From a virus (taxonomy: Duplodnaviria; Caudoviricetes), in IMG/VR virus record IMGVR_UViG_3300031951_000845, positions 1-30,277 of that record: a stretch of 30,277 nt of DNA, one strand, 5' to 3'. Each line of letters opens with the position of its first letter. Position 1 is the first letter of the stretch. A program made the translations under genes and the position numbers. This document shows positions 1 to 8,628 of the stretch, piece by piece. The notes beneath the pieces were generated by a model. That model saw only the letters and a program-made list of their open reading frames with translations. It was not told where the DNA came from and did not search any database.

Positions 1-242
1 ATAAAGAGACTGACCGCAACCGACAAATCATAGGATTTGAAGGCTATGCCCTTGCAAGACTCCAATCACTGGAGCAACTTGAAGCACAGGGTGAGTCTCT
101 AGTTATTCAAGATTTCACTGCCGGTGGTGAACCCACAGAGGCAGTGGTGGAGCAGGTGACTTTCACCCGCACCTCACCACCGAACGCCAACTTCTCCGGC
201 TACGGTGGAATCATTCAAGTAATCGCTCGTACTGTCGTCTAA
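1..242 (+). CDS. 3' end of a probable tail/virion structural protein (partial)
   Basis: Open frame from nt 3 (KETDRNRQIIGFEG...YGGIIQVIARTVV) to TAA at 240-242. It lies directly before the lysis cassette; function is inferred from position. Confidence 0.6.
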   Translation, partial: KETDRNRQIIGFEGYALARLQSLEQLEAQGESLVIQDFTAGGEPTEAVVEQVTFTRTSPPNANFSGYGGIIQVIARTVV

Positions 243-261
243 ACACAAAGGGAATACCGCA

Positions 262-465
262 ATGTCACCTGCTGATTGGGCTGGATTAGCCGTCTCTGTA
301 ACAACACTCATTGGCGCTGCTGCCATGGGAGTAAAGCACCTGACTAAACACTACTTGTCCGAACTCAAACCCAACGGCGGGTCAAGCCTCAAGGACAAGG
401 TAAACCATCTTGAAGAGAAGGTGGACATTCTAACCGATTTAGTAAAAGAAGTTCTAAGGAAGTGA
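262..465 (+). CDS. Small membrane protein of the lysis cassette (holin-associated)
   Basis: One N-terminal TM helix followed by PNGGSSLKD and a coiled coil. AAGGGA upstream; precedes the endolysin. Confidence 0.65.
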   Translation: MSPADWAGLAVSVTTLIGAAAMGVKHLTKHYLSELKPNGGSSLKDKVNHLEEKVDILTDLVKEVLRK

Positions 466-471
466 GCATCC

Positions 472-969
472 ATGAAGAAACCCCTTGCCAAAGTTGCCAG
501 CCCTGCTGCATTAGCCGTGCTACGCCAGGCGACTGCTCTTGCACCACTACGCAAGAAGGCATCAGACGGGTTGCTCCCTTCCACTGCTCATTTCAAACAA
601 AGTCCTAACTCAGACCACAACACCGGACTTGCGGTAGATTTGACCCATGACCCAAAGAACGGTATTGACTGTAAAGAAATCTATAAGCATCTCAAAGAGG
701 ATGACCGAGTTTCATATCTCATCTTCAATGGAAAGATTTGGTCCAAGCGGTTGGGTGAAAGAAAGTACACAGGTAACAATCCGCACAACAAACACCTCCA
801 CATCTCCATCAAGCCAGAGCGAGCCAATGACACAAGCCCTTGGTTCTGGTGGAGGAACGAACCCAAACTTGTAAATCAGGTGCTGGCTGGACTCAGCACA
901 CCGCGCTCTAAGAAACCCGCAAGGTTTCCTTCGCGCCCGATTCGCAAGACCAAAAAGAAAGGTAAGTAA
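472..969 (+). CDS. Probable endolysin, Zn-peptidase (M15/LAS-like)
   Basis: SDHNTGLAVD (H-x6-D) and KHLHIS (HxH) zinc ligands; flanked by two membrane proteins. Confidence 0.65.
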   Translation: MKKPLAKVASPAALAVLRQATALAPLRKKASDGLLPSTAHFKQSPNSDHNTGLAVDLTHDPKNGIDCKEIYKHLKEDDRVSYLIFNGKIWSKRLGERKYTGNNPHNKHLHISIKPERANDTSPWFWWRNEPKLVNQVLAGLSTPRSKKPARFPSRPIRKTKKKGK

Positions 970-1152
970 ATGGAAGTACTAAAGCAAGTATCCCTCACTT
1001 GGTTCCGTGCCTCTGCTGCTGCAGCCATCGCTCTCTACCTCGCTGGTGAGACTGACCTGAAAGTGCTAGGTACTGCCGCTTTAGCGGGTTTTCTTGGACC
1101 TGTTCTCAAGTGGCTTGACCCATCTGCGCCGGAGTTCGGCAGAGTAAAGTAG
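970..1152 (+). CDS. Probable holin
   Basis: 60 aa with two hydrophobic helices and a C-terminal WLDPSAPEFGR; abuts the endolysin stop codon. Confidence 0.7.
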   Translation: MEVLKQVSLTWFRASAAAAIALYLAGETDLKVLGTAALAGFLGPVLKWLDPSAPEFGRVK

Positions 1153-1167
1153 TTCGTTTAGACATAC

Positions 1168-1222
1168 AAAGACCCCCGCTTCTCAAGAGAAATCTTGAAA
1201 GGCGGGGGCTTTTTTTGTTTTC
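1168..1222 (+). terminator. Rho-independent terminator between convergent genes
   Basis: CCCCCGC(1173-1179)/GCGGGGG(1202-1208) with an inner TCAAGA/TCTTGA stem, followed by a T-tract from 1210. Confidence 0.85.
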
Positions 1223-1269
1223 TTCCCCAACTGGCATGCTTTCCCCGACATACCAGCGGGTACAGATTA

Positions 1270-1440
1270 CTACCTATTGTCGGTCTTGTAAAACCCTGGA
1301 CCCTTGAAGATTATCCCAGGGGCAGACCAGACTCTCTCCATGCTTATACCACAACATACAGGCTGGCGCTCCTCGCCCATCTCCCGCATCACCTCGTACT
1401 GGCTATTGCAGATGAGGCACTTGAACTCATATATCGGCAT
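1270..1440 (-). CDS. FmdB-family zinc ribbon protein
   Basis: MPIYEFKCLIC...PVCCG..MERVWS....FKGPGFYKTD is the FmdB-type signature. Start placed at ATG 1440. Confidence 0.85.
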   Translation of the reverse strand: MPIYEFKCLICNSQYEVMREMGEERQPVCCGISMERVWSAPGIIFKGPGFYKTDNR

Positions 1441-1645
1441 GGTCATTATCAATCGGTGTCGGTGCTGTCAGCAGTGCGCCACACTCATAGCACTCTGCAT
1501 CAAGCAAATAAAAAACTACTTCTCCCTCATCAAACATGCAAGAAATACGCATCATTGCACACCCACAAGGGCAGGCGTGCGTTGGCACGCCCCTATAATC
1601 AGCCTTCGCAACAGGCTCTGTATGCTCCGGCTCACGCCTACGCAT
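1427..1645 (-). CDS. Small Cys-rich (zinc-binding) hypothetical protein
   Basis: HACPCGC...CYECG motifs; overlaps the FmdB gene start; lies downstream of a leftward TATAAT. Confidence 0.7.
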   Translation of the reverse strand: MRRREPEHTEPVAKADYRGVPTHACPCGCAMMRISCMFDEGEVVFYLLDAECYECGALLTAPTPIDNDHADI

Positions 1646-1662
1646 ACACTTTACCCGTTCTC

Positions 1663-1771
1663 ACGAACAGGATTATAGTGACGAACAGGCTGAAGCACAA
1701 ATTTGTAATTCACCCTCGGCGTGTCGCAGGATAGAAGAGACATTGTGTAGTAAACTCCTCTATTGAAAGGA
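1663..1771. promoter_or_regulatory. Divergent promoter region
   Basis: Minus-strand TATAAT at 1672-1677 flanked by ACGAACAGG direct repeats (1663, 1681). Plus-strand TAAACT at 1751-1756. CGGCGTGTCG (GACAC on the minus strand) at 1717-1726. SD GAAAGGA at 1765-1771. Confidence 0.55.
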
Positions 1772-1777
1772 AGTTAT

Positions 1778-2626
1778 ATGTCTCTCGAAGAAAAGACGGG
1801 TAAGCCGTATATCAGCCACAGCGCCATGTCCACATGGCTCAACTGCGGTTGGTCATATTACCTCACCCGTATTCAGAATGTCCCGCAGAACCCCGCCTAC
1901 TGGCTTGTAGGGGGTAAGGCTGTACACGAGGCGACTGAAATCTACGACACCACCCTTCCCTCCCTGCTCGGTAGTTTCGACCCATCGGCTGTGTTCAACG
2001 CCCGCTGGAACGCTAACTACGAGAAGGACAACAACGGCATGCCGTTTCGTGCCGGAGGTAGGGCGAGCAAGGCATATCCCAACAAGGAGGATGCCTCGTG
2101 GTGGCTTGACAATGGACCCAAGATGGTGGACTTCTGGATTCAATGGCGGGAGGTCAGCGGGTTCGTTCCCTATCAGACACCCTCTGGCGAGTACGCCGTT
2201 GAAACAGAACTCAGTGCCGAGGTAGGGGGAGTGCCCATGAGGGGCTTTCTCGACAGGCTCATGGTTTCACCAGCAGGGGAACTTGTCGTCATAGACATCA
2301 AGACCTCAACAAAAGCACCCGTAGCCAACACTCAGTTGGGTACCTATGCGGTGCTATGCGAGAAGTTGTGGGGTGTGCGACCTACCAAGGGAGCGTACTT
2401 CATGGCACGGACAGGCGAACTGACCGAGCCAGCAAACCTCTCGCACTACACCGAGCCACGCTTGGCAAGCCAAGTCAAGGGCTTCAAGATTGCAGTTGAC
2501 AACAACATCTTCATCCCACAGCCAGGCTTCCTGTGTGGGACATGTTCAGTCAACCACGCATGCTACGCAGTCAACGGCAAAGACTCACACCTCTACCCCG
2601 AACTAGGAGATAACACGGATGAGTGA
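1778..2626 (+). CDS. PD-(D/E)XK exonuclease, Cas4/AddB/RecB-like
   Basis: ISHS..STWLNC, GKAVH, RGFLDR, VIDIKT and QLGTYA motifs plus C-terminal CGTC-x5-C. ATG 1778 follows GAAAGGA. Confidence 0.88.
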   Translation: MSLEEKTGKPYISHSAMSTWLNCGWSYYLTRIQNVPQNPAYWLVGGKAVHEATEIYDTTLPSLLGSFDPSAVFNARWNANYEKDNNGMPFRAGGRASKAYPNKEDASWWLDNGPKMVDFWIQWREVSGFVPYQTPSGEYAVETELSAEVGGVPMRGFLDRLMVSPAGELVVIDIKTSTKAPVANTQLGTYAVLCEKLWGVRPTKGAYFMARTGELTEPANLSHYTEPRLASQVKGFKIAVDNNIFIPQPGFLCGTCSVNHACYAVNGKDSHLYPELGDNTDE

Positions 2627-3038
2627 GAACTCAGCAATCCAAATCAACTGGAAGACCAAGCGCGATGGGATGTTGATAAACCTTCGTGCAAACACACCGG
2701 AGGAACTCGATGTCCTCCTTGATGGCATCACCCTTCGACTCACTGCACTGCTTGACCTAGAGCAGACAACTGAGAACATGGCTGGAACTGCTAAGGCGGT
2801 TGAGGCTGTACAGAACGCGTTTCCAAATGCACAGGTGGTCACACCTACACAGCCTGCACACAACTACGCACCAACTCCACCATCCCCTGGCAATGGAGCG
2901 CCTGAGTGCACCTGCGGTGCTGGTCCAATGCGCCTCGTTCCTGCTGGTATCAGCAAGTCAACAGGCAAGCCATACCGCGCCTTCTTCGCATGCCCACGCC
3001 CACAAGGTTCAGCATGCAAGAACAGGCAGAACGCATAG
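2619..3038 (+). CDS. Hypothetical protein with C-terminal GRF-like zinc finger
   Basis: CTCGAGPMRL...GKPYRAFFACP...C; SD AGGAGA; overlaps the previous stop. Confidence 0.7.
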   Translation: MSENSAIQINWKTKRDGMLINLRANTPEELDVLLDGITLRLTALLDLEQTTENMAGTAKAVEAVQNAFPNAQVVTPTQPAHNYAPTPPSPGNGAPECTCGAGPMRLVPAGISKSTGKPYRAFFACPRPQGSACKNRQNA

Positions 3039-3041
3039 CCA

Positions 3042-3821
3042 ATGCGCCTACTATCCCGTGCTATCAAGACTGCCTCGACAGGCGGTGCAACGCTTCCAAC
3101 AGTGTGGCACACCTTTGCAGCGCAGCAGATAGCGTTTAGACGGGGCGAAGTCAGCATGATTGCGGGACCGCCAGGCGCTGGTAAGTCCACCCTGGCGCTG
3201 TCCCTTGCTGTTCGCGCTCGCGTTCCAACGCTGTATATCTCAGCAGACACGCACTCTCACACGATGAGTCTGCGTTTACTGGCGATGATTACGGGCATGC
3301 CTCAGTCAGAAGTCGAACCCTTGATGGAGCAGGACAGAGAGTGGGCAGGACAAATGCTCCGCGCCTCTGACCACATCTATTGGGAGTTCGATTCTGCGCC
3401 AACGCTCCGTGATGTTGAGGATGCAATCCTCGCATCGCGTGAGCGCTTGGGCAGGGATGTTGAACTCATCGTGCTGGATAACGCTGTTGATGTCACCCTT
3501 GATGGGCAAGATGAGTGGGGCGGACTACGCACCCTCATGCGTGAACTCAAGTGGTGGGCACGAGAGACGGGTGCAGCGGTGGTTGTCTGCCATCATACGA
3601 GCGAAGGTGTGTCTGGTAATCCATGCCCACCACGCAGTTCGTTGCATGGCAAGGTAGCCCAGACCCCATCTCTCATCCTCACAGTGCATGGACAAATCGC
3701 ATCTATGGGTGTGTGCGCTGTAAAGAACCGATACGGACCAGCCGATGCCACTGGTGCTTCACCTGTGTGGTTGTCCTACGAGCCTGCAAGTATGCAGATT
3801 TTGGATTTGATGCAAGCATGA
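3042..3821 (+). CDS. DnaB/RecA-superfamily ATPase (replicative helicase-like)
   Basis: Walker A GPPGAGKST, LYISAD, Walker B LIVLDN, VVVCHH and KNRYG arginine finger. Confidence 0.88.
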   Translation: MRLLSRAIKTASTGGATLPTVWHTFAAQQIAFRRGEVSMIAGPPGAGKSTLALSLAVRARVPTLYISADTHSHTMSLRLLAMITGMPQSEVEPLMEQDREWAGQMLRASDHIYWEFDSAPTLRDVEDAILASRERLGRDVELIVLDNAVDVTLDGQDEWGGLRTLMRELKWWARETGAAVVVCHHTSEGVSGNPCPPRSSLHGKVAQTPSLILTVHGQIASMGVCAVKNRYGPADATGASPVWLSYEPASMQILDLMQA

Positions 3822-4144
3822 GCGACAAATGGATACTCAGATTAGTTGAGAACGCAGGCGACATGCTTGCGAGAGAAGACGACAAAGAGATTGCAGTACC
3901 AAAAGAGCCTCTAGTTGAGGACATGACACAGCACCTATCGTTTACACCGAAGCACTACCTATGGACTATTGGTTGGAGAACCTATGTTTGGCAAGAGAAA
4001 GAAACGGGGAAGTTCCAAGAACTTACCGAAGAGGAGTGGAATGAACTCGCTTCTGTCGGCACTGTCGGTTACTCCAGAGGAGATTCGGCAAGCGATGGAG
4101 CAGGCACCGATGCCACCGGAGATGAAGGAAGCAATCCTGAATGA
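3818..4144 (+). CDS. Hypothetical protein
   Basis: ATGA overlap with the helicase stop; MSDKWILRLVENAG...; acidic tail overlaps the next gene. Confidence 0.6.
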   Translation: MSDKWILRLVENAGDMLAREDDKEIAVPKEPLVEDMTQHLSFTPKHYLWTIGWRTYVWQEKETGKFQELTEEEWNELASVGTVGYSRGDSASDGAGTDATGDEGSNPE

Positions 4145-4421
4145 ACTTCCAAGTCTTGTGGAACATATTGATGAAGCGACAGCAAAAATCTTTGACCCTT
4201 CCAAAGTATGGTTGGAGTCAATCCAGTTCGCTGATTATGTTAGCCAAATGGCTGACCACCTACTCAGCGACTGCGGATGTACACCCGAAGACAAGTTCAT
4301 CCTCGCAGAACAACTGAAATATATTGCTGAAACCTTCAAGGAAGTAGCCGAGTCCTCTATGCAAATCCTTGACCAGTCAGACAAGATTCTTGATAAGGAG
4401 TTAGACCATGGCTCACGGTAA
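4041..4421 (+). CDS. Hypothetical acidic helical protein
   Basis: GAGGAG at 4031-4036 before ATG 4041; overlaps the upstream ORF by 104 nt. Confidence 0.65.
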   Translation: MNSLLSALSVTPEEIRQAMEQAPMPPEMKEAILNELPSLVEHIDEATAKIFDPSKVWLESIQFADYVSQMADHLLSDCGCTPEDKFILAEQLKYIAETFKEVAESSMQILDQSDKILDKELDHGSR

Positions 4422-5142
4422 AAACGAAAGCCTCTCGGTTATCTGGTGCGACAACGGCAACACAGACGGCAAGTTTACCGAGGGTCTTGTTTACACGATG
4501 ATTACCAGCGAGGTTCGTATCACGAACGCCATTCGTGTACAGGGTAATCAAATCGCACGCCAACGCCAAGCAGCCATCGAAATGTGGGGCAAGGTTGGTA
4601 CCGACTGGGCACTCTGGGTTGACTCAGACATCGTGCTCACGAAGGAAGTGCTAGAGATACTATGGGATTCAGCCGATAGGCTGGCTCGTCCCGTGGTGTG
4701 CGGTGTGTACTTCATCTCCAAGCAGAGCGAAGGCACACTGATGCAACCGATGCCCGTCCTCTTCAATGAGGGTGAGACTCAGTATGAAATCAAGTACCTC
4801 CACCCGCTCCCTCACAACCAACTGGTGCGTATTGACAACGCAGGCATGGGCTTGGTACTCATGCACAAGAGCGTACTTGACCGTCTAAACGATAAGTTCC
4901 CAGGCGACTTCTGGTTTGGCGAGAACAACGAGACTGGTGAGAAGTTTATTGGTGAGGACATCGCCTTCTTCCGCAAGGTGCGTGCCTCCGGTATTCCTAT
5001 TCACGCACACACTGGCGCTCTCGTCAAGCACATGAAGCGCTTTTCATTCGACCACGCCTACTACAACCTGTACTGGTCAGCAGTCGAAGCAGCCGAAAGG
5101 AGAGAGCGCGATGCCAAGTCCGCAGATGGCGAACAAGCGTAG
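4408..5142 (+). CDS. GT-A fold (family 2-like) glycosyltransferase
   Basis: WALWVDSD (DxD), AGMGLVLMH, GEDIAFF and a C-terminal HMK; SD AAGGAG. Confidence 0.85.
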   Translation: MAHGKNESLSVIWCDNGNTDGKFTEGLVYTMITSEVRITNAIRVQGNQIARQRQAAIEMWGKVGTDWALWVDSDIVLTKEVLEILWDSADRLARPVVCGVYFISKQSEGTLMQPMPVLFNEGETQYEIKYLHPLPHNQLVRIDNAGMGLVLMHKSVLDRLNDKFPGDFWFGENNETGEKFIGEDIAFFRKVRASGIPIHAHTGALVKHMKRFSFDHAYYNLYWSAVEAAERRERDAKSADGEQA

Positions 5143-5476
5143 AGGTGCAACCTTCGAGATTGAACTCGCCGACTGGTTCGTTGAGTCCGGTCTAAACGCA
5201 CAGCGCCTGCCTCGTGCAGGGCGTAACGATGTGGGTGATGTGTTCGTGCCTGGCAACAATGGCATTTATGTCGTGGAAGCCAAGGCTCCTCGCAGAGACG
5301 GGCGCATAGATTTATCAGGGTGGATTCGTGAGGCTGAGATTGAGGCTCTGAACTATAAGATTCAGAAGAACCTTGCCGTCATGCCTAACCCACTGGTGAT
5401 TATCAAGGCAAGCAACCGACCTATCAGCGATGCTTATGTGGTGCAGAGGTTAGGCAATGTCTTCCCAAACCTCTAA
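5111..5476 (+). CDS. Holliday junction resolvase (Hjc-like PD-(D/E)XK)
   Basis: NKRRGATFE, DVGDV and VVEAK motifs. Confidence 0.8.
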   Translation: MPSPQMANKRRGATFEIELADWFVESGLNAQRLPRAGRNDVGDVFVPGNNGIYVVEAKAPRRDGRIDLSGWIREAEIEALNYKIQKNLAVMPNPLVIIKASNRPISDAYVVQRLGNVFPNL

Positions 5477-5834
5477 GCACGACATGGTGCGGGTGCTGGA
5501 GCACTACGGCTTTGTTATCCCAAGCAATCGCGGTGGGTGGCAGTCGGTCAGGTGCATGTTTCACAATGACCATATCAAGTCTGCCCGTCTAAACATAGAC
5601 AAGGGTGGGTTCCGCTGCTTTGCGTGCGATATGGCTGGAGATGTTTATTCACTGATTATGAAACGAGAAGGAGTCAACTATGCCGAGGCTCTCAAAATCG
5701 CAGAGAGAATCACTGGCGAAAGCCACGGAGAACTACGAGCAAAACCTAGACGAGGTGCTTCCTTATCTGGCGGGTCGAGGTATAACGGAGGAGACGGCTC
5801 GTATGTTCCGCCTCGGCTTCGTAAAGCAACCTGA
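5457..5834 (+). CDS. DNA primase zinc-binding subunit (CHC2 zinc finger)
   Basis: CMFHND...FRCFACDMAGD..LIMKREG..AEA motif. Confidence 0.85.
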   Translation: MSSQTSKHDMVRVLEHYGFVIPSNRGGWQSVRCMFHNDHIKSARLNIDKGGFRCFACDMAGDVYSLIMKREGVNYAEALKIAERITGESHGELRAKPRRGASLSGGSRYNGGDGSYVPPRLRKAT

Positions 5835-6300
5835 GACTGGACACGAGCCATACATCGGCAAGTTATCCATCCCATACTTGACTCCATCGGGGGTGATTGA
5901 TATTAGATTCCGCAGTCTAAACGCAGATGCGGGACCGAAGTACATGTCCCGACCTGGCGCTAGTACCCATATCTACAACATCAGTGCACTGGAGAAAGAC
6001 AGCGATGTGCTGGTCATTTGCGAGGGCGAGATAGATACCATCATCGCTACGCAGGTCGGGTTCGCAGCCGTTGGCTTGCCTGGTGCTAACAACTGGAAAC
6101 CTTTTTACTCCCGTGTCCTTGCAGACTGGGAAAAGATTATGCTCTTCTGCGATGGGGACAATGCAGGGCGTGAGATGGCGAAGAACATTAGCCGTGAGTT
6201 AGACAATGTGTTCCCCGTCTTTATGCCTGACGGCGCTGATGTAAACGATGTGTACCTATCCGAGGGAGCAGATGGCTTGCGGAAACGGATGGGTGTTTAG
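5680..6300 (+). CDS. DNA primase TOPRIM catalytic subunit
   Basis: YLAGRGI, PKY, ICEGEID, DGDNAG and DVND motifs; SD AAGGAG at 5668. Confidence 0.9.
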   Translation: MPRLSKSQRESLAKATENYEQNLDEVLPYLAGRGITEETARMFRLGFVKQPETGHEPYIGKLSIPYLTPSGVIDIRFRSLNADAGPKYMSRPGASTHIYNISALEKDSDVLVICEGEIDTIIATQVGFAAVGLPGANNWKPFYSRVLADWEKIMLFCDGDNAGREMAKNISRELDNVFPVFMPDGADVNDVYLSEGADGLRKRMGV

Positions 6301-6870
6301 ATGCAGTACCCAAACTGGTTCCAAGCCACTGGTGCGCAGGCTAACTTCGAGCGCCACCTCATGCAGTTCAAGGATAAGCCCGTTCAGTTCCTACAGATAG
6401 GTGCCTTCACTGGCGATGCTTCTGTGTGGATGCTAGAGAATGTACTTACCCACGCACACGCCACGCTCACCGATGTAGATACATGGAGGGGTAGTGACGA
6501 GAACTCACACCACGCCATGGACTTCGAGGATGTGTACTCCGTTTACACGGACAAGATTAGGCAGTACGAGAATGTTCATGTGTTCCGAGAGACGAGCGAT
6601 AGTTTCTTTGAGAGCAACAACATGACCTATGACTTCGTTTATATTGATGGCGACCACACCGCCTTCGGTGTGATGCGTGATGGCATGAACGCCTTTGATT
6701 GCCTCAATGTGGGTGGCATCATCGCCTTCGATGATTACCACTGGAGCGAGGGCAGGGGCAACTTCTATGAGCCACGCCCTGCAGTAGATGCGTTCTTCAA
6801 TATCACGCGGGACAAAATCAAAGTTATCGAAATCGGCTGGCAGGTCTGGATACAGAAGGAGTTTGTCTAA
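6301..6870 (+). CDS. Class I SAM-dependent methyltransferase (Methyltransf_24-like)
   Basis: LQIGAFTG, VDTW, YDFVYIDGDH and GGIIAFDDY motifs. Confidence 0.85.
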   Translation: MQYPNWFQATGAQANFERHLMQFKDKPVQFLQIGAFTGDASVWMLENVLTHAHATLTDVDTWRGSDENSHHAMDFEDVYSVYTDKIRQYENVHVFRETSDSFFESNNMTYDFVYIDGDHTAFGVMRDGMNAFDCLNVGGIIAFDDYHWSEGRGNFYEPRPAVDAFFNITRDKIKVIEIGWQVWIQKEFV

Positions 6871-6872
6871 AC

Positions 6873-7277
6873 ATGGCTAAGAACTCATCGTTTGATTTGG
6901 ACTTTGGTTACGGGCGTAAGGGTGAGCAACTCGTAGAGGAACTACTCACCAATGGTAAGAAGGTAGAGGTCAAGAGAGATAGGAAATGGTGGGTCACTAA
7001 CAACATCTATGTCGAGGTGGAGTGCTGGTACCTGAAAACTGAGTCGTGGGAGAAGTCAGGAATCATGGTGACTGAGGCTGACTACTGGGCGTTCGTGCTG
7101 GAGCAGGGCGTACTCATGGTGCCCACTAGCCATGTGCTCTACGCAGTCAAGGAGTTTGGGCGCGACATTACATGCGACATCCCACCAAACAAGAGCAAGG
7201 GCGTGCTGATTACCGTTGATGATTTGCTGATGGCTATGCGTAAACTAAAGAATGATAAGGGTCAATCCAATGGATGA
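6873..7277 (+). CDS. Putative PD-(D/E)XK nuclease-like protein
   Basis: FDLD..G..GE, VEVKRD, TNNIYVE and SGI..TEADYW motifs. Confidence 0.6.
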   Translation: MAKNSSFDLDFGYGRKGEQLVEELLTNGKKVEVKRDRKWWVTNNIYVEVECWYLKTESWEKSGIMVTEADYWAFVLEQGVLMVPTSHVLYAVKEFGRDITCDIPPNKSKGVLITVDDLLMAMRKLKNDKGQSNG

Positions 7278-7425
7278 ACAACAACTGCGTGAGCAGATAG
7301 CCTTAGAACTAGAGAGACAGGCAACCTACGCGATGATAAGTAGCGAATACAACTTCAATGATACCGCTGTTCGTGCCAAGACTTACTGGCATGCTGCTGA
7401 AATTGTGAGGCAATCCAATGGATGA
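7263..7425 (+). repeat. 15-bp direct repeat CAATCCAATGGATGA
   Basis: Identical copies at 7263-7277 and 7411-7425. Confidence 0.9.
7270..7425 (+). CDS. 51-aa hypothetical protein (below ORF-track cutoff)
   Basis: MDEQQLREQIALELERQ...AAEIVRQSNG*. Fills the gap exactly with 8-nt overlaps at both ends. Confidence 0.7.
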   Translation: MDEQQLREQIALELERQATYAMISSEYNFNDTAVRAKTYWHAAEIVRQSNG

Positions 7426-8095
7426 GCAGGACAAGGTATGGGAAACCATCTACGGAGTGGCGAGGCAGGTAACTACCCGCAGTAATCGTATCCATCGTGG
7501 CTTGGTATCCACTGATGATATGTACCAACACCTATCGCTATGGGCGCTAGAGCACTGGCATAAGGTGGAGCAATGGCAGGCAGAGGACAGCCTGAAATAT
7601 AAACTGCGCAAGACTTTCTTCAATGAGGCGCAGAAGTATGTGGCTAAGGAACGCAGTCGCCATGCGCGGGTGCCCGTCACTGACTCGTTCTACTACACGC
7701 TTGAAGTCTTGCATGAGTTGCTTCGTGATGTGTGGTCACATGAGGGGTGGACAGATACACCCGATATGGCTAACGAGTTCGTCACTCACTCGTCTAAACC
7801 AAGTGAAGGTGGCAATCGCCTGGCGTTGTTATCAGATGTGCAGGCTGGTCTTGACCGTCTAAACGACACTGACCGTGACCTGCTGCGGATGCGGTATTCC
7901 AATGGGGGTATGGAGTTTGGTGCGCTGGCTGAATCTCTAGGTGCATCGGAAGAAGCGGTACGCAAGCGAGTCAAGCGGGCGCTGGTGCGCCTACAGGACA
8001 GGCTTGGTGGTGAAGCGCCGGTCTGGTATGGCAGAAGAAGGCGCATGTCTAATGAGCAAGCACGGCAAGAGATAAGAGAACAGGACAACCAATGA
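7418..8095 (+). CDS. Phage sigma-70 (ECF-like) factor
   Basis: Region-2-like DDMYQHLSLWALE; region-4 HTH LDRLNDTDRDLLRMRY...EFGALAESLGASEEAVRKRVKRALVRL. Confidence 0.8.
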   Translation: MDEQDKVWETIYGVARQVTTRSNRIHRGLVSTDDMYQHLSLWALEHWHKVEQWQAEDSLKYKLRKTFFNEAQKYVAKERSRHARVPVTDSFYYTLEVLHELLRDVWSHEGWTDTPDMANEFVTHSSKPSEGGNRLALLSDVQAGLDRLNDTDRDLLRMRYSNGGMEFGALAESLGASEEAVRKRVKRALVRLQDRLGGEAPVWYGRRRRMSNEQARQEIREQDNQ

Positions 8096-8628
8096 TTATC
8101 GGACTGAGTGGATATGCACGAAGCGGTAAGGACACGATGGCATCAACCCTATGTCTAAACTACGGCTTCCGGCGCGTGTCCTTTGCTGACCCAATGCGTG
8201 AGGCTATCCTCATCCTGAACCCGAAGATAGACAGCATCACTCATGTCGCTCACTATGTTGAGGACTACGGGTGGGACATGGCTAAACAGAACCCTGAGAT
8301 TCGTAGGTTGTTGCAAGTATTCGGCACCGATGTGGGGCGCAGGATGTTCGGCGAGAATGTCTGGATAGACATGGCGTTCAAGGACATCAAGCCCGATGAG
8401 AATGTGGTGATTGCAGATGTTCGATTCCCCAATGAGGCTGATGCTATCAAGCAACGGGGTGGTAAAGTCATTCGTGTAAACAGGCACAACCACAGCGCAG
8501 TCAACAGGCACAAGTCTGAGATTGCCATGGATAACTATATGTTTGACCATGCTATCTACAATGACGGAACGCTTGACGACTTCACCGAAAACATTTTCAT
8601 GTTGATGAAGAGTGCGTTTAGACAATGA
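8092..8628 (+). CDS. Deoxynucleoside monophosphate kinase
   Basis: IIGLSGYARSGKDT, SFADPMR, RRLLQVFGTD and DVRFPNE motifs. Confidence 0.92.
   Translation: MIIGLSGYARSGKDTMASTLCLNYGFRRVSFADPMREAILILNPKIDSITHVAHYVEDYGWDMAKQNPEIRRLLQVFGTDVGRRMFGENVWIDMAFKDIKPDENVVIADVRFPNEADAIKQRGGKVIRVNRHNHSAVNRHKSEIAMDNYMFDHAIYNDGTLDDFTENIFMLMKSAFRQ

Noticed and set aside
1195-1734. 179-aa and 124-aa plus-strand ORFs
   Set aside because: They are antisense shadows of two motif-bearing minus-strand genes, and the longer one starts inside a terminator.
6301-6870. DNA methyltransferase recognising the iterated motif
   Set aside because: It lacks DNA-MTase catalytic motifs; the IDGDH/DDY pattern points to a small-molecule or glycan methyltransferase.
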